A stretch of DNA of 10,017 nucleotides from Candidatus Firestoneibacteriota bacterium (GCA_043822305.1 JBDRBU010000047.1:1-10017); one strand, 5' to 3'; shown: positions 1 through 7,585, counted from the stretch's first letter. The notes: generated by a model not told the origin, from the letters alone. Translations and numbers: made by a program.

Positions 1-282
1 CCAGAAGAATGTCTAAAAAGAGAAATACAGGAAGAGTTGAATATTAAGATTGATATTGATAAACTATTTTCAGTAAACTCGCACGTATATGAGAAGGAGT
101 CTGATAAACATCACGTTGTATTGATAACATTTCTCGCAAAATATGTTTCTGGTGATCTAAAAAACATCGATTGTCAAAACTCAAAGTGGGTAAAACTCAA
201 TGAACTTAAAGATTATGATTTTGTTCCTGCTGATATAGCGATAGTTGATCAATTGATTAGTAACCAGAACGTGTTTCTCTGA
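1..282 (+). CDS. Nudix hydrolase, MutT/NudG-like (deoxy)nucleoside triphosphate pyrophosphohydrolase; 5'-truncated by the window edge
   Basis: Frame 1 is open from base 1: PEECLKREIQEELNIKI, the second half of a Nudix box (REUxEExGU-like). The C-terminus KWVKLNELKDYDFVPADIAIV is typical of MutT/NudG. The 37..282 track ORF is only the distal part. Confidence 0.85.
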   Translation, partial: PEECLKREIQEELNIKIDIDKLFSVNSHVYEKESDKHHVVLITFLAKYVSGDLKNIDCQNSKWVKLNELKDYDFVPADIAIVDQLISNQNVFL

Positions 283-1209
283 CTAAATTGTTTTACTAGC
301 TTCTTTTATGAGGTTTATAACTTCGTATAGATTTTCATCGTTTTCTAAACTAACTTCAAAACACGGCACACTAAACCAAAATTTTTGAACACTTTCAGCG
401 GGTTTTCTTATTTTGTGATGTTTAATTAATTTCCTTCCTCTCTCATATGAAACGGGTATAATTATGTTTATCTTCTTTTTTCTAAATTCAATAAATGCAA
501 GATTCTTGTTTCTTTTAATAGATATATAATATTTTCGTGGATTGAAAATAAATGAAGAATCGATATCCAATACTTCTTGTTTTATCTTCTCATATAATTC
601 CTTTATCTCATCTGATGCTTTTTCAAGATGGCTATCTTCCGTAAAGGTTTTTATCTCTTGAGCTACTTTTTGAACAGCACCATCCACTTTTGCTATCTTT
701 GTTATCGATTCACTTGTTTTATGTGGCTTAATTTGATTGAAAACAATTATATCATTCTCATATTTTTTTATTTCCCAGATTTCAATCGGTAAATCTTTAA
801 AGTTTATTGCTTGTTTTTGATATTCTGTATATTGGGAGGAAATAAAAATCACTCTTGATTGCGACCATTCAATATCATTTCTACTTAAGCGTGTGTTTTT
901 ATTTTCATTATATTCTAAAATAAAATCCGCTTTATTATTCAATAATAAAGCAAGATAGGCATAACCTTGATCTATTACGCTAAAATTTTTATCCTTTTTA
1001 TATTCGATAATAACAAACGAATTTGTTAATTTATCGAAAGCGAGAGTATCAATTCTTAAATTATTTAATTGAAATTCAGATTTTACAAATTCTAATCCAA
1101 AAACATCTTTAAGATTTTTCTCGGTTATATTTTGTATATCCTTTTCTAATTTAAATTGAGATTGATTTATTTCTTTCAAGCTGTTTTTATCCTGTGAAAA
1201 TATTACCAT
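283..1209 (-). CDS. PD-(D/E)XK nuclease, NucS/DUF91-like N-terminal domain plus DUF5655-like C-terminal domain
   Basis: LEKDIQ...RIDTLAFD...FVIIEYKK...SVIDQGYAYL gives the E..D..ExK..QxxxY pattern. The C-terminal region (FTEDSHLEKAS..IKELYEKIKQEVL..PRKYYISIK..NLAFIEFRKKKI) resembles DUF5655. Confidence 0.8.
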   Translation of the reverse strand: MVIFSQDKNSLKEINQSQFKLEKDIQNITEKNLKDVFGLEFVKSEFQLNNLRIDTLAFDKLTNSFVIIEYKKDKNFSVIDQGYAYLALLLNNKADFILEYNENKNTRLSRNDIEWSQSRVIFISSQYTEYQKQAINFKDLPIEIWEIKKYENDIIVFNQIKPHKTSESITKIAKVDGAVQKVAQEIKTFTEDSHLEKASDEIKELYEKIKQEVLDIDSSFIFNPRKYYISIKRNKNLAFIEFRKKKINIIIPVSYERGRKLIKHHKIRKPAESVQKFWFSVPCFEVSLENDENLYEVINLIKEASKTI

Positions 1210-1230
1210 AAATGATTCTTATAAAATATC

Positions 1231-1238
1231 TTTATAAA
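1231..1238 (-). promoter_or_regulatory. Putative TATA box for a leaderless transcript of the 283..1209 gene
   Basis: Palindromic TTTATAAA lies 21 nt upstream of the ATG at 1209, and no SD motif is seen. Confidence 0.45.
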
Positions 1239-1311
1239 TAAATATTCATCATCCCACTCATCACTATCATAAACAGGAACCTCTAAAGACAAAAATAACA
1301 CGGTTTTTGTA

Positions 1312-1971
1312 TTAAGGTTTCAACCAAAGAGCCATCACATACCCATTAATGTCTTTTTTTCTAGAAATCATTTTTTTGTATTTATTCTTATTATTTTTAA
1401 CGTCTTCAAGTAATTCAGTGAATAATCGGCTTGAATATGAACCAGAAGAATGTGGAACACCTATAACAAATTTTTTAGGAAAACTTAAAGAGCAAAATTT
1501 AAAGGCTTCTTTACCAACAGCAATTATAATATAATTATCCGGACATTTTTTTATCTCTTTTCTTAAAAATTTATCTATACAAGTTCTTATAGTCTGTAAT
1601 GGTATTTTTTCAAACGTTTCTTTTTCTAGACATTCACATTTAACCAATTCTGTCCAAATTATGGGCCCATTAAAATTCATAATTTCTATAAATTCTCTTA
1701 TCTTTTTGAAATAACCCCAATTCTTTTCTTCCCAATATTTTACCGTAGATTCGTAGGAACATTTGTTTTTTATATAATACTTTCTCTGTTCTTTATCTGT
1801 GTCTGAATGGCCCGGATTTAGACCTACAACTATGACACCGTTTTTTCCTTTATTGTCTTCAAAAAATAAGCATCTAGGTAATATACCCATCCTTGGATCG
1901 CTAATAACCCCCTCACAATTTAGATCGCATTTAACTAGTTCACTTCCCATTTTCTCAATAAATTTCTTCAT
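1312..1971 (-). CDS. Uracil-DNA glycosylase superfamily protein
   Basis: Motif A VIVVGLNPG, WTELVKC, C..FLRKEI, IIIAVGKEA and a motif B-like VIGVPHSSG occur in the canonical UDG order. N-terminal Cys residues (CDLNC...PRC) could bind metal. Confidence 0.75.
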   Translation of the reverse strand: MKKFIEKMGSELVKCDLNCEGVISDPRMGILPRCLFFEDNKGKNGVIVVGLNPGHSDTDKEQRKYYIKNKCSYESTVKYWEEKNWGYFKKIREFIEIMNFNGPIIWTELVKCECLEKETFEKIPLQTIRTCIDKFLRKEIKKCPDNYIIIAVGKEAFKFCSLSFPKKFVIGVPHSSGSYSSRLFTELLEDVKNNKNKYKKMISRKKDINGYVMALWLKP

Positions 1972-2003
1972 AAATCATTATTAGTTTAAAATAATAAGTA
2001 ATA

Positions 2004-2351
2004 TCACTCATCCCATTTATCATCTTTTTCTTCAACAGTGATTTCTATCCGAGTCGGCATTCCGGCCTCTTTAGAGCGTTTGAGTTTTTCTTCGTGTACT
2101 TTTTTTGAAAAATGTTCGCAATAAAACTTACTATTCAGAAACTCTTGACATTATCTGCATTCTTTTGGAACATTTTTTGGATCATCTGGAATTTCTTCTT
2201 TTTTTGAACACCAATCATAAGGTAAAATTTCAAAACATTTAGGATATCTTCCTTTACCATATTTGATTATTATATTTTGAGCATAAGTCTTTTTTCTCCC
2301 TTCACGCATTCCTCTCGTCTTTTCTATGCCTTTTCTATGACTAGCACACAT
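2004..2351 (-). pseudogene. Small Cys-rich protein gene interrupted by one in-frame TAA (2151-2153)
   Basis: SD GGGGTGA at 2358-2364 precedes the ATG at 2351 (MCASHRKG...). After ...PKECR-TAA the same frame continues 48 codons (CQEFLNSKFYCEHF...KDDKWDE) to TGA at 2004-2006. The stop falls inside a CxxC (CR*C). Confidence 0.55.
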
Positions 2352-2394
2352 AATCATTCACCCCAATCATCGTTATTAATAATAGGTGTTTCTA

Positions 2395-2403
2395 TTTTTA
2401 AAC
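2395..2403. promoter_or_regulatory. Putative bidirectional TATA box between the divergent 2351(-) and 2424(+) genes
   Basis: TTTTTAAAC, with a TTTAAA core at 2397-2402 that is 21 nt upstream of the ATG at 2424. Confidence 0.45.
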
Positions 2404-2423
2404 TGATATTTCTAGTATTATTT

Positions 2424-5054
2424 ATGGCTAAACATAATAAAATGAAGATTACTAATCAAAATATAAAATATAATAAAATATGGTTATCTAAAGATAAATA
2501 TATTTTCCGTTTTGGCTATGGAAATCATTGGTTTATAAAAAAATTTGTAGTTTTATACAAAATATTCTTAGTTGAAAGAAAGAAGATTAATAAAGAAACA
2601 CTTAAGGAGATAACGGATATTTTTAACAAATTCATAGATTCAATTGAAGATAAAAAAATTAAAAAGGATGCTGAAGAATACTTTTTTTCTCCGCTAGATT
2701 TCAGAAAATCAGATAATATAATAGATTTTGATAAATTTAATGATGTTCCCAATCTAGATGATTCTGCAAGAAAATATTACTTTTTATATTTAACTGGAAT
2801 TGGAATGCAATCAGGGATTAAAAAAAGAATTGGGAATCTGCTATATTCTGATAGAAATATAACGATTTCAAAGATAATTAAGAAGATCCCAAAAATCCAA
2901 AAGGAAGAAATTGAAAAAAAGAAAAAGCAAGATAAAGAACCTAGATCTGTAAAAGACAATACCCGAACAATATTCTCAGATTTCCATGCAGAAATTAGAA
3001 ATTTTAGGCAACTTCTTACTTATTTTGGAATATTACCCCCCGAAGAAGACGGTTATGAAATGAATGAAATTGGGAATCTAATCTATTTTGCAGACTCTAT
3101 TTTAATAATGGCGATATGGGAACATCAAAAAATTAAGATGAGATACTATAATCCTTATACGAGTAGGATTAATCCTCTAAATGTTGAGGATAATTATAAA
3201 ACAAAAAAAGATTTCAGTGATTTTTCTGTGAATCCCTATATAGCTCTAATAAATATAATCGAAAAATTAAATTCAATAAATCAAGATCAAGCATATCTCT
3301 CTTTTGAAGATTACAAATTTTTTATTTGTAGAGAGGCTCCATCTGATTTAGATAGAGTTATAAAGAAAATTTTAGATTATAGAAATTTAAAGGAGGATGA
3401 AAAGAATAAAATAAAAGAGATATTCAATAACAGACCAAAAACAAGGAAATTTTCTATAAATAAGACTAAAGCAAGTACAGATGATTTTTTGAAAGAAATT
3501 TCAAATCTCTTATATGGGTTATATGAGTATAAGTATACAAAAGGAAATCCTTATTATCCAAACACAGTAAGATACTCCAAGGGGATATTCAAAGTAAACA
3601 ATATTTCCGATTTCATTAAGCATAGCAAATTCATAAAAGAAATTGAGATATATTTAAAATGTTACGATAAATTCTATAAGATTCTATCTGCCGCATCAAC
3701 TTTAAATCTAATTCATAGTGCCTTTGAGAAATCAACAGAAGAACATAAAAAAATATTATTAAAAATTAAATCAGAATATATTGATGATTTTAGGAAAGAG
3801 GATATTAAACTTAAAAACATCTTTCAAAAGTGGAAACGTTACATATCTTTTATTGATTGGAAATTGTTAGTATTTTGCTATGTTCATATTTTATCTTTAT
3901 ATAAACGAAAGTTATATTTATCAGGACCCTTAATTGATATTACTGGGGTAGATCAAGAAGAGTTAAAATCTCTTTTATTGATGTTTGAGAACTGTATCAA
4001 TAAAGGAGAGTATAATCTTAATGAAAAAATACAATCATCTCGCTTTTTAGACACAGACGAAGAAGAAGATAAAATTGAGAGATGGTTAAAAATAGAATTG
4101 AAGACTTCTAATTATTCAACAATCAAAGAACAAATAAAAAATGAAGAAAACGATATTAAATATAATATCGTAGATGGTCAAAGAGAAAGAAAGAGGAATC
4201 TTAGAATGATGAAATTAGTTCAGTATGAAAGATTTCATAAACATTTAATTATAGATCTGATAAGAAAGGATTATCCTGTCAATAAATGCGATTCTTGTGA
4301 TAAAGAATTTAGTGGGAACGAGCCAGAATGTCATCACATAATTCCTTTTGAAATTTATGGTCCAGATAGCCCCTACAATTATGCTTTCTTATGTAAGAGT
4401 TGTCATAAAATATTTACTCATAAAACATCAAAGAATGAAAGAAATAAATTAATTAAAAACTTAAAATTTAAGGGAATTGTAAATATAGATAATTTCAGGA
4501 AATTGATCAAAGAAGGAGAAATAAGAAAAGAACATTTGGACGTCTTGCTAGATGAGGGTTTCATTCATATTGTATCCTACTTAGATTTATTGAAAATGCT
4601 TAAAACTTCTAAACTTCAATATGATAAATTAGATAGTATTATATCTAAAGTAGGTCCCTCAAGGAATAGGTGGAACCGTGCGATGCAAACAACATTCTGG
4701 TTTAAAGAACCTGCCTCTTGTGAATCCTGTAAGGCTAAATTTAAATCAAACGAGCCAGAATGTCATCATATAATATATAATTCGATTAAAGGGCCTGAAA
4801 GTCCAGATAACTACACTTATCTTTGTAGGCCCTGCCATGATTCTATTACATATAATAGACAAGATAAGGGAGAGATAATCAAAAATTTAGTAAAAAATAA
4901 AATAATCGATAAAGAGTCTATTGAAAATTTAATATTAAACAACGAAATTTTATTTGAGCATTTAGATTTCCTGTTGAAAGAAGGTTTCATATCTGAAGAG
5001 ACTTACAATCGATTAAGAAAAATATTCAAGGATAAAGAGAAATTTAATCAATAA
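2424..5054 (+). CDS. Putative type IIS-like restriction endonuclease: AlwI-like N-terminal recognition region plus two tandem zinc-binding HNH domains
   Basis: Likely start is ATG 2424 (MAKHNK) or 2442. The region 3003-3383 (RQLLTYFG...EIGN...HQKIKMRYYNP...VNPYIALINII...LSFEDYKFF...VIKKILDYR) resembles AlwI-family winged-helix domains. HNH1 is CDSC..ECHHII..N..LCKSCH (4287-4406) and HNH2 is CESC..ECHHII..N..LCRPCH (4719-4838). The gene is adjacent to MTase genes. Confidence 0.75.
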   Translation: MAKHNKMKITNQNIKYNKIWLSKDKYIFRFGYGNHWFIKKFVVLYKIFLVERKKINKETLKEITDIFNKFIDSIEDKKIKKDAEEYFFSPLDFRKSDNIIDFDKFNDVPNLDDSARKYYFLYLTGIGMQSGIKKRIGNLLYSDRNITISKIIKKIPKIQKEEIEKKKKQDKEPRSVKDNTRTIFSDFHAEIRNFRQLLTYFGILPPEEDGYEMNEIGNLIYFADSILIMAIWEHQKIKMRYYNPYTSRINPLNVEDNYKTKKDFSDFSVNPYIALINIIEKLNSINQDQAYLSFEDYKFFICREAPSDLDRVIKKILDYRNLKEDEKNKIKEIFNNRPKTRKFSINKTKASTDDFLKEISNLLYGLYEYKYTKGNPYYPNTVRYSKGIFKVNNISDFIKHSKFIKEIEIYLKCYDKFYKILSAASTLNLIHSAFEKSTEEHKKILLKIKSEYIDDFRKEDIKLKNIFQKWKRYISFIDWKLLVFCYVHILSLYKRKLYLSGPLIDITGVDQEELKSLLLMFENCINKGEYNLNEKIQSSRFLDTDEEEDKIERWLKIELKTSNYSTIKEQIKNEENDIKYNIVDGQRERKRNLRMMKLVQYERFHKHLIIDLIRKDYPVNKCDSCDKEFSGNEPECHHIIPFEIYGPDSPYNYAFLCKSCHKIFTHKTSKNERNKLIKNLKFKGIVNIDNFRKLIKEGEIRKEHLDVLLDEGFIHIVSYLDLLKMLKTSKLQYDKLDSIISKVGPSRNRWNRAMQTTFWFKEPASCESCKAKFKSNEPECHHIIYNSIKGPESPDNYTYLCRPCHDSITYNRQDKGEIIKNLVKNKIIDKESIENLILNNEILFEHLDFLLKEGFISEETYNRLRKIFKDKEKFNQ
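4287..5030 (+). repeat. Intragenic tandem duplication of an HNH plus helical module (offset 432 nt / 144 aa)
   Basis: The exact 20-nt repeat AACGAGCCAGAATGTCATCA occurs at 4317-4336 and 4749-4768. At protein level, IKNL...EI..EHLD.LL.EGFI follows each HNH. Confidence 0.9.
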
Positions 5055-5802
5055 GCTCTACATTTTTTATAGATAAATTATCTTCTTCCAACCTATCTTT
5101 AATCATCGGCAAATATCCTTCTTTATTTAATTCAAAACCTATACATCTTCGTTTAGCTAACTCAGCTGCAATTAATGACGTTCCTGAGCCGAGAAAGGGA
5201 TCCAGAATTATTTCCTCTGGATTTGTGAATATCTCAATCATTCTCTTTATATATGGGACTGGAAATATTGCTGGGTGTACCATAAATTTTTTCCCTACAG
5301 ATCCAAATTTTTTATTAATGTTCCAAATATTTATTTTTGGAATTTTTTTATTGATTTTATAGTCAAAAAAACTAAAATCATTTATTGAATATTTGTCTGA
5401 TTTTGTAAATATTAAAAAATATTCGAAGTGATCTCCTAGATTACTTGGTCTTGGTATCCCACTCGATTTATGCCAATAGTGGACATCTCTAATCCTAAAT
5501 CCTATTTTCTCCATTTGTTTTATGAAATCATAAGGAATTAATACAAGATTTTTTTTATAACTTTTTGTGTTGATGTTTATTATCGCTATTCCATCATCAG
5601 TCAACACTCTAAAAGTTTCTTTCCATACTTTATATACTCTATTAAGATAAGTTTTATAATCTTCTTTATATCCAATTTGATTATCAACTTCATAATTTTT
5701 TAAGTTCCAATAGGGTGGAGACGTAATCATCATTTTTACACAATTATCTGAAATTTCTTCCATACTTTCTGAAGATTTAAAGAAAATTTTATGCATTAAC
5801 AT
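5044..5802 (-). CDS. Beta-class amino-DNA methyltransferase (m4C/m6A, N6_N4_Mtase family), here called M2
   Basis: Catalytic TSPPY near the N-terminus, then HPAIFP and SAM-binding DPFLGSGT near the C-terminus (beta order). SD GGGGTG at 5813-5818 favours a start at ATG 5802 (or 5796) rather than 5844. Confidence 0.92.
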   Translation of the reverse strand: MLMHKIFFKSSESMEEISDNCVKMMITSPPYWNLKNYEVDNQIGYKEDYKTYLNRVYKVWKETFRVLTDDGIAIININTKSYKKNLVLIPYDFIKQMEKIGFRIRDVHYWHKSSGIPRPSNLGDHFEYFLIFTKSDKYSINDFSFFDYKINKKIPKINIWNINKKFGSVGKKFMVHPAIFPVPYIKRMIEIFTNPEEIILDPFLGSGTSLIAAELAKRRCIGFELNKEGYLPMIKDRLEEDNLSIKNVELID

Positions 5803-6382
5803 TATCAATTTCCACCCCTTGAAATATATTATCAAAATTTTCATTTATATTTATCAATAAACATCTATCATTTTCTTCAGTAGTAGATTTAATAATCCTT
5901 TCAATAGATTCTTTAAAAGAAACTGAGATGTGTTTTATGATATTCCCCTTTCCATCATCTTCTGTTTTTAGCCATACATTTCCTGGATCTTTTCCCAGTT
6001 TGTGATAATTTTTTGCTCTTTTACCCCATTCAACATCTTTCCATATATGTCTTTCTCTAATTGGGTCCTTATTAAAATAATAGTGATTATTCTTTGAGAA
6101 GAACAATATTTCAAATATATTGTTACTAAAAAAAACGCCTTCTTTTTTAGTTTTAAAATTAGGAACTAAAATAACATTCCGAAGTTTGTAATTGTTGATG
6201 TTCTCCGCAATAATAAACGAAGAAAAAATAAGGCAATTATTTTTCAAATAATTTTCTGTTATTATCCAAATAGTGCCATCATTAGAAATTTGAAAATTAT
6301 ACTTATCAATTATTGAGTTAATTATTTGTTTTGATTCGTCAACATTTTTACCCAATAAATTAATTATTACAGATCTATACAT
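5789..6382 (-). CDS. Degenerate, probably catalytically inactive, beta-class methyltransferase-fold protein
   Basis: It retains DGTIWII, EILFFSK..YYFNKDPIR, GKDPGNVW and IERIIKSTTEENDRCL, collinear with the neighbouring MTase, but has no (S/D)PPY and no FxGxG. It has its own SD GAGGT (6389-6393) and overlaps both neighbours. Confidence 0.75.
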   Translation of the reverse strand: MYRSVIINLLGKNVDESKQIINSIIDKYNFQISNDGTIWIITENYLKNNCLIFSSFIIAENINNYKLRNVILVPNFKTKKEGVFFSNNIFEILFFSKNNHYYFNKDPIRERHIWKDVEWGKRAKNYHKLGKDPGNVWLKTEDDGKGNIIKHISVSFKESIERIIKSTTEENDRCLLININENFDNIFQGVEIDNVNA

Positions 6383-7425
6383 TCTTTAACCTCTTTATTT
6401 TTTTGTGAAAATCTTTGGCTGATACGATGCTCTGCAATTTCACAGTACTTAATCTCTTTATCTATACCGATCCATTTCCGATTCAATTCGTTCGCTACCT
6501 TACAAACAGTCCCACTTCCATTAAAGATATCAAGAACAACGTCATTTTCATTAGAAGACATTTTAATTATCCTTTTTATCATCTCTTCAGGAAACGGACA
6601 AGGGTGTGCCTCACCAGTTGAAGGGTGTTTAATTTTTTCCTTTTTACTAATATTTACAACTCTGTTAATATACCAAATATTATCAGATAAATTCTTCTTA
6701 ACGATATCTTCCTTTGAATTAATCAACCCATCTAATTTTGCTTCAATCTCTCTTATTGTTTCGTCCATTAATATTTGGTTTACATAGTTTTCTGCCTGTG
6801 TTTTTAATAGTTTTTTATATTGTTCAATCTTATTTTTTACAGAAATTAACTTATCTTTGTTTATTCTCTCATCAAATACCCAGAAATCTTCAGGATTCTT
6901 CCCCTTGTTATTGCATCTTTTATCGGTTATCCACTTAGCTGGAATTCGAACATGATCTAAATTAAATATATAATCTTGTTTATTTTTTATAAACCAAAGT
7001 ACGTTTTCGTATCTTCCAAATAGTCTAGTTCGTGGTGTTTCTCCCCCTTCGAATTTCCAGATTATCCAATTTTTCAAATGAAAATCTAAATCTTTAAAAA
7101 TATTATAAAAAAAGACGCCCAACGGAAATGTCTCTTTATCAATGATTGTTTGTGCAACATTCCAAAAAATAGCACCATTATCCTTTATAACTCTTTTACA
7201 TTCAATAATTATTTTTTTATGTTCTGTGATATAATCTTCAAATAAGTAATCCTTTTCATAAGATTTTCCTAAGAAATAGGATGGACTAGTTATTATTAAT
7301 GATACAGATTTATCAGGGAGCTTTTTAAGGGTGTCTAATGTTTCACCGCATATTATTTTATTATGTATATTATCAATTTCTTTAATTTTATTAAGATTCT
7401 TTTCGAAAATTATCATTTTTCTCAC
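6367..7425 (-). CDS. Beta-class amino-DNA methyltransferase (m4C/m6A) with TSPSY motif and helical insertion, here called M1
   Basis: Motifs TSPSY, KNWIIW, RYENVLWF, FNLDHVRIP, HPCPFP and DIFNGSGT. SD GGGGTGA at 7431-7437 favours GTG 7425 (or ATG 7416) as start. Confidence 0.9.
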   Translation of the reverse strand: MRKMIIFEKNLNKIKEIDNIHNKIICGETLDTLKKLPDKSVSLIITSPSYFLGKSYEKDYLFEDYITEHKKIIIECKRVIKDNGAIFWNVAQTIIDKETFPLGVFFYNIFKDLDFHLKNWIIWKFEGGETPRTRLFGRYENVLWFIKNKQDYIFNLDHVRIPAKWITDKRCNNKGKNPEDFWVFDERINKDKLISVKNKIEQYKKLLKTQAENYVNQILMDETIREIEAKLDGLINSKEDIVKKNLSDNIWYINRVVNISKKEKIKHPSTGEAHPCPFPEEMIKRIIKMSSNENDVVLDIFNGSGTVCKVANELNRKWIGIDKEIKYCEIAEHRISQRFSQKNKEVKECIDL

Positions 7426-7457
7426 TTTATTCACCCCTTATCTATTCTTTCCAATCT

Positions 7458-7580
7458 TTAAATTCTCTTTAATCCCTTTCTCGGCCACAAAAACCATACG
7501 TAAAATGCTCCTCCCACACCAATCGATAACAAGAGGCAAATTATCTGATTTTCAACTCCGAATATACAATACATGGCCAT
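7458..7580 (-). CDS. Possible 40-aa single-pass membrane peptide (not in the ORF track)
   Basis: MAMYCIFGVENQIICLLLSIGVGGAFYVWFLWPRKGLKRI*: one hydrophobic stretch followed by a basic tail. AGGT lies upstream, and the ORF is co-oriented directly before M1. Confidence 0.45.
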   Translation of the reverse strand: MAMYCIFGVENQIICLLLSIGVGGAFYVWFLWPRKGLKRI

Positions 7581-7585
7581 CAACT

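Noticed and set aside
1240..1290. Minus-strand LEVPVYDSDEWDDE resembling the C-terminus IEITVEEKDDKWDE of the 2004..2351 gene (possible duplicated remnant)
   Set aside because: The similarity is short and low-complexity and has no convincing start, so it cannot be distinguished from chance.
2151..2153. TAA reassignment (alternative genetic code) as the explanation for the internal stop
   Set aside because: TAA terminates several well-formed genes here (e.g. 1312-1314, 5052-5054), and the long ORFs have no internal TAA.
2277..2423. N-terminal 49 codons of the 925-aa track ORF (TTG start)
   Set aside because: It overlaps the SD-led minus-strand gene and the TATA region and has atypical composition. 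ATG 2424 fits the TATA spacing.
1349..2959. Track ORFs 1349..1534, 1799..1984, 2525..2752 and 2777..2959
   Set aside because: Antisense shadows of stronger genes, with no recognisable motifs.
2424..5054. Large HNH protein as a Cas9/IscB-like effector
   Set aside because: No RuvC motifs, CRISPR array or cas genes are visible. The adjacent MTases and AlwI-like region point to restriction-modification.
6676..6879. M1 insertion as an intein
   Set aside because: It has no N-terminal Cys/Ser splice block or C-terminal His-Asn, is too short, and looks helical rather than Hint-fold.
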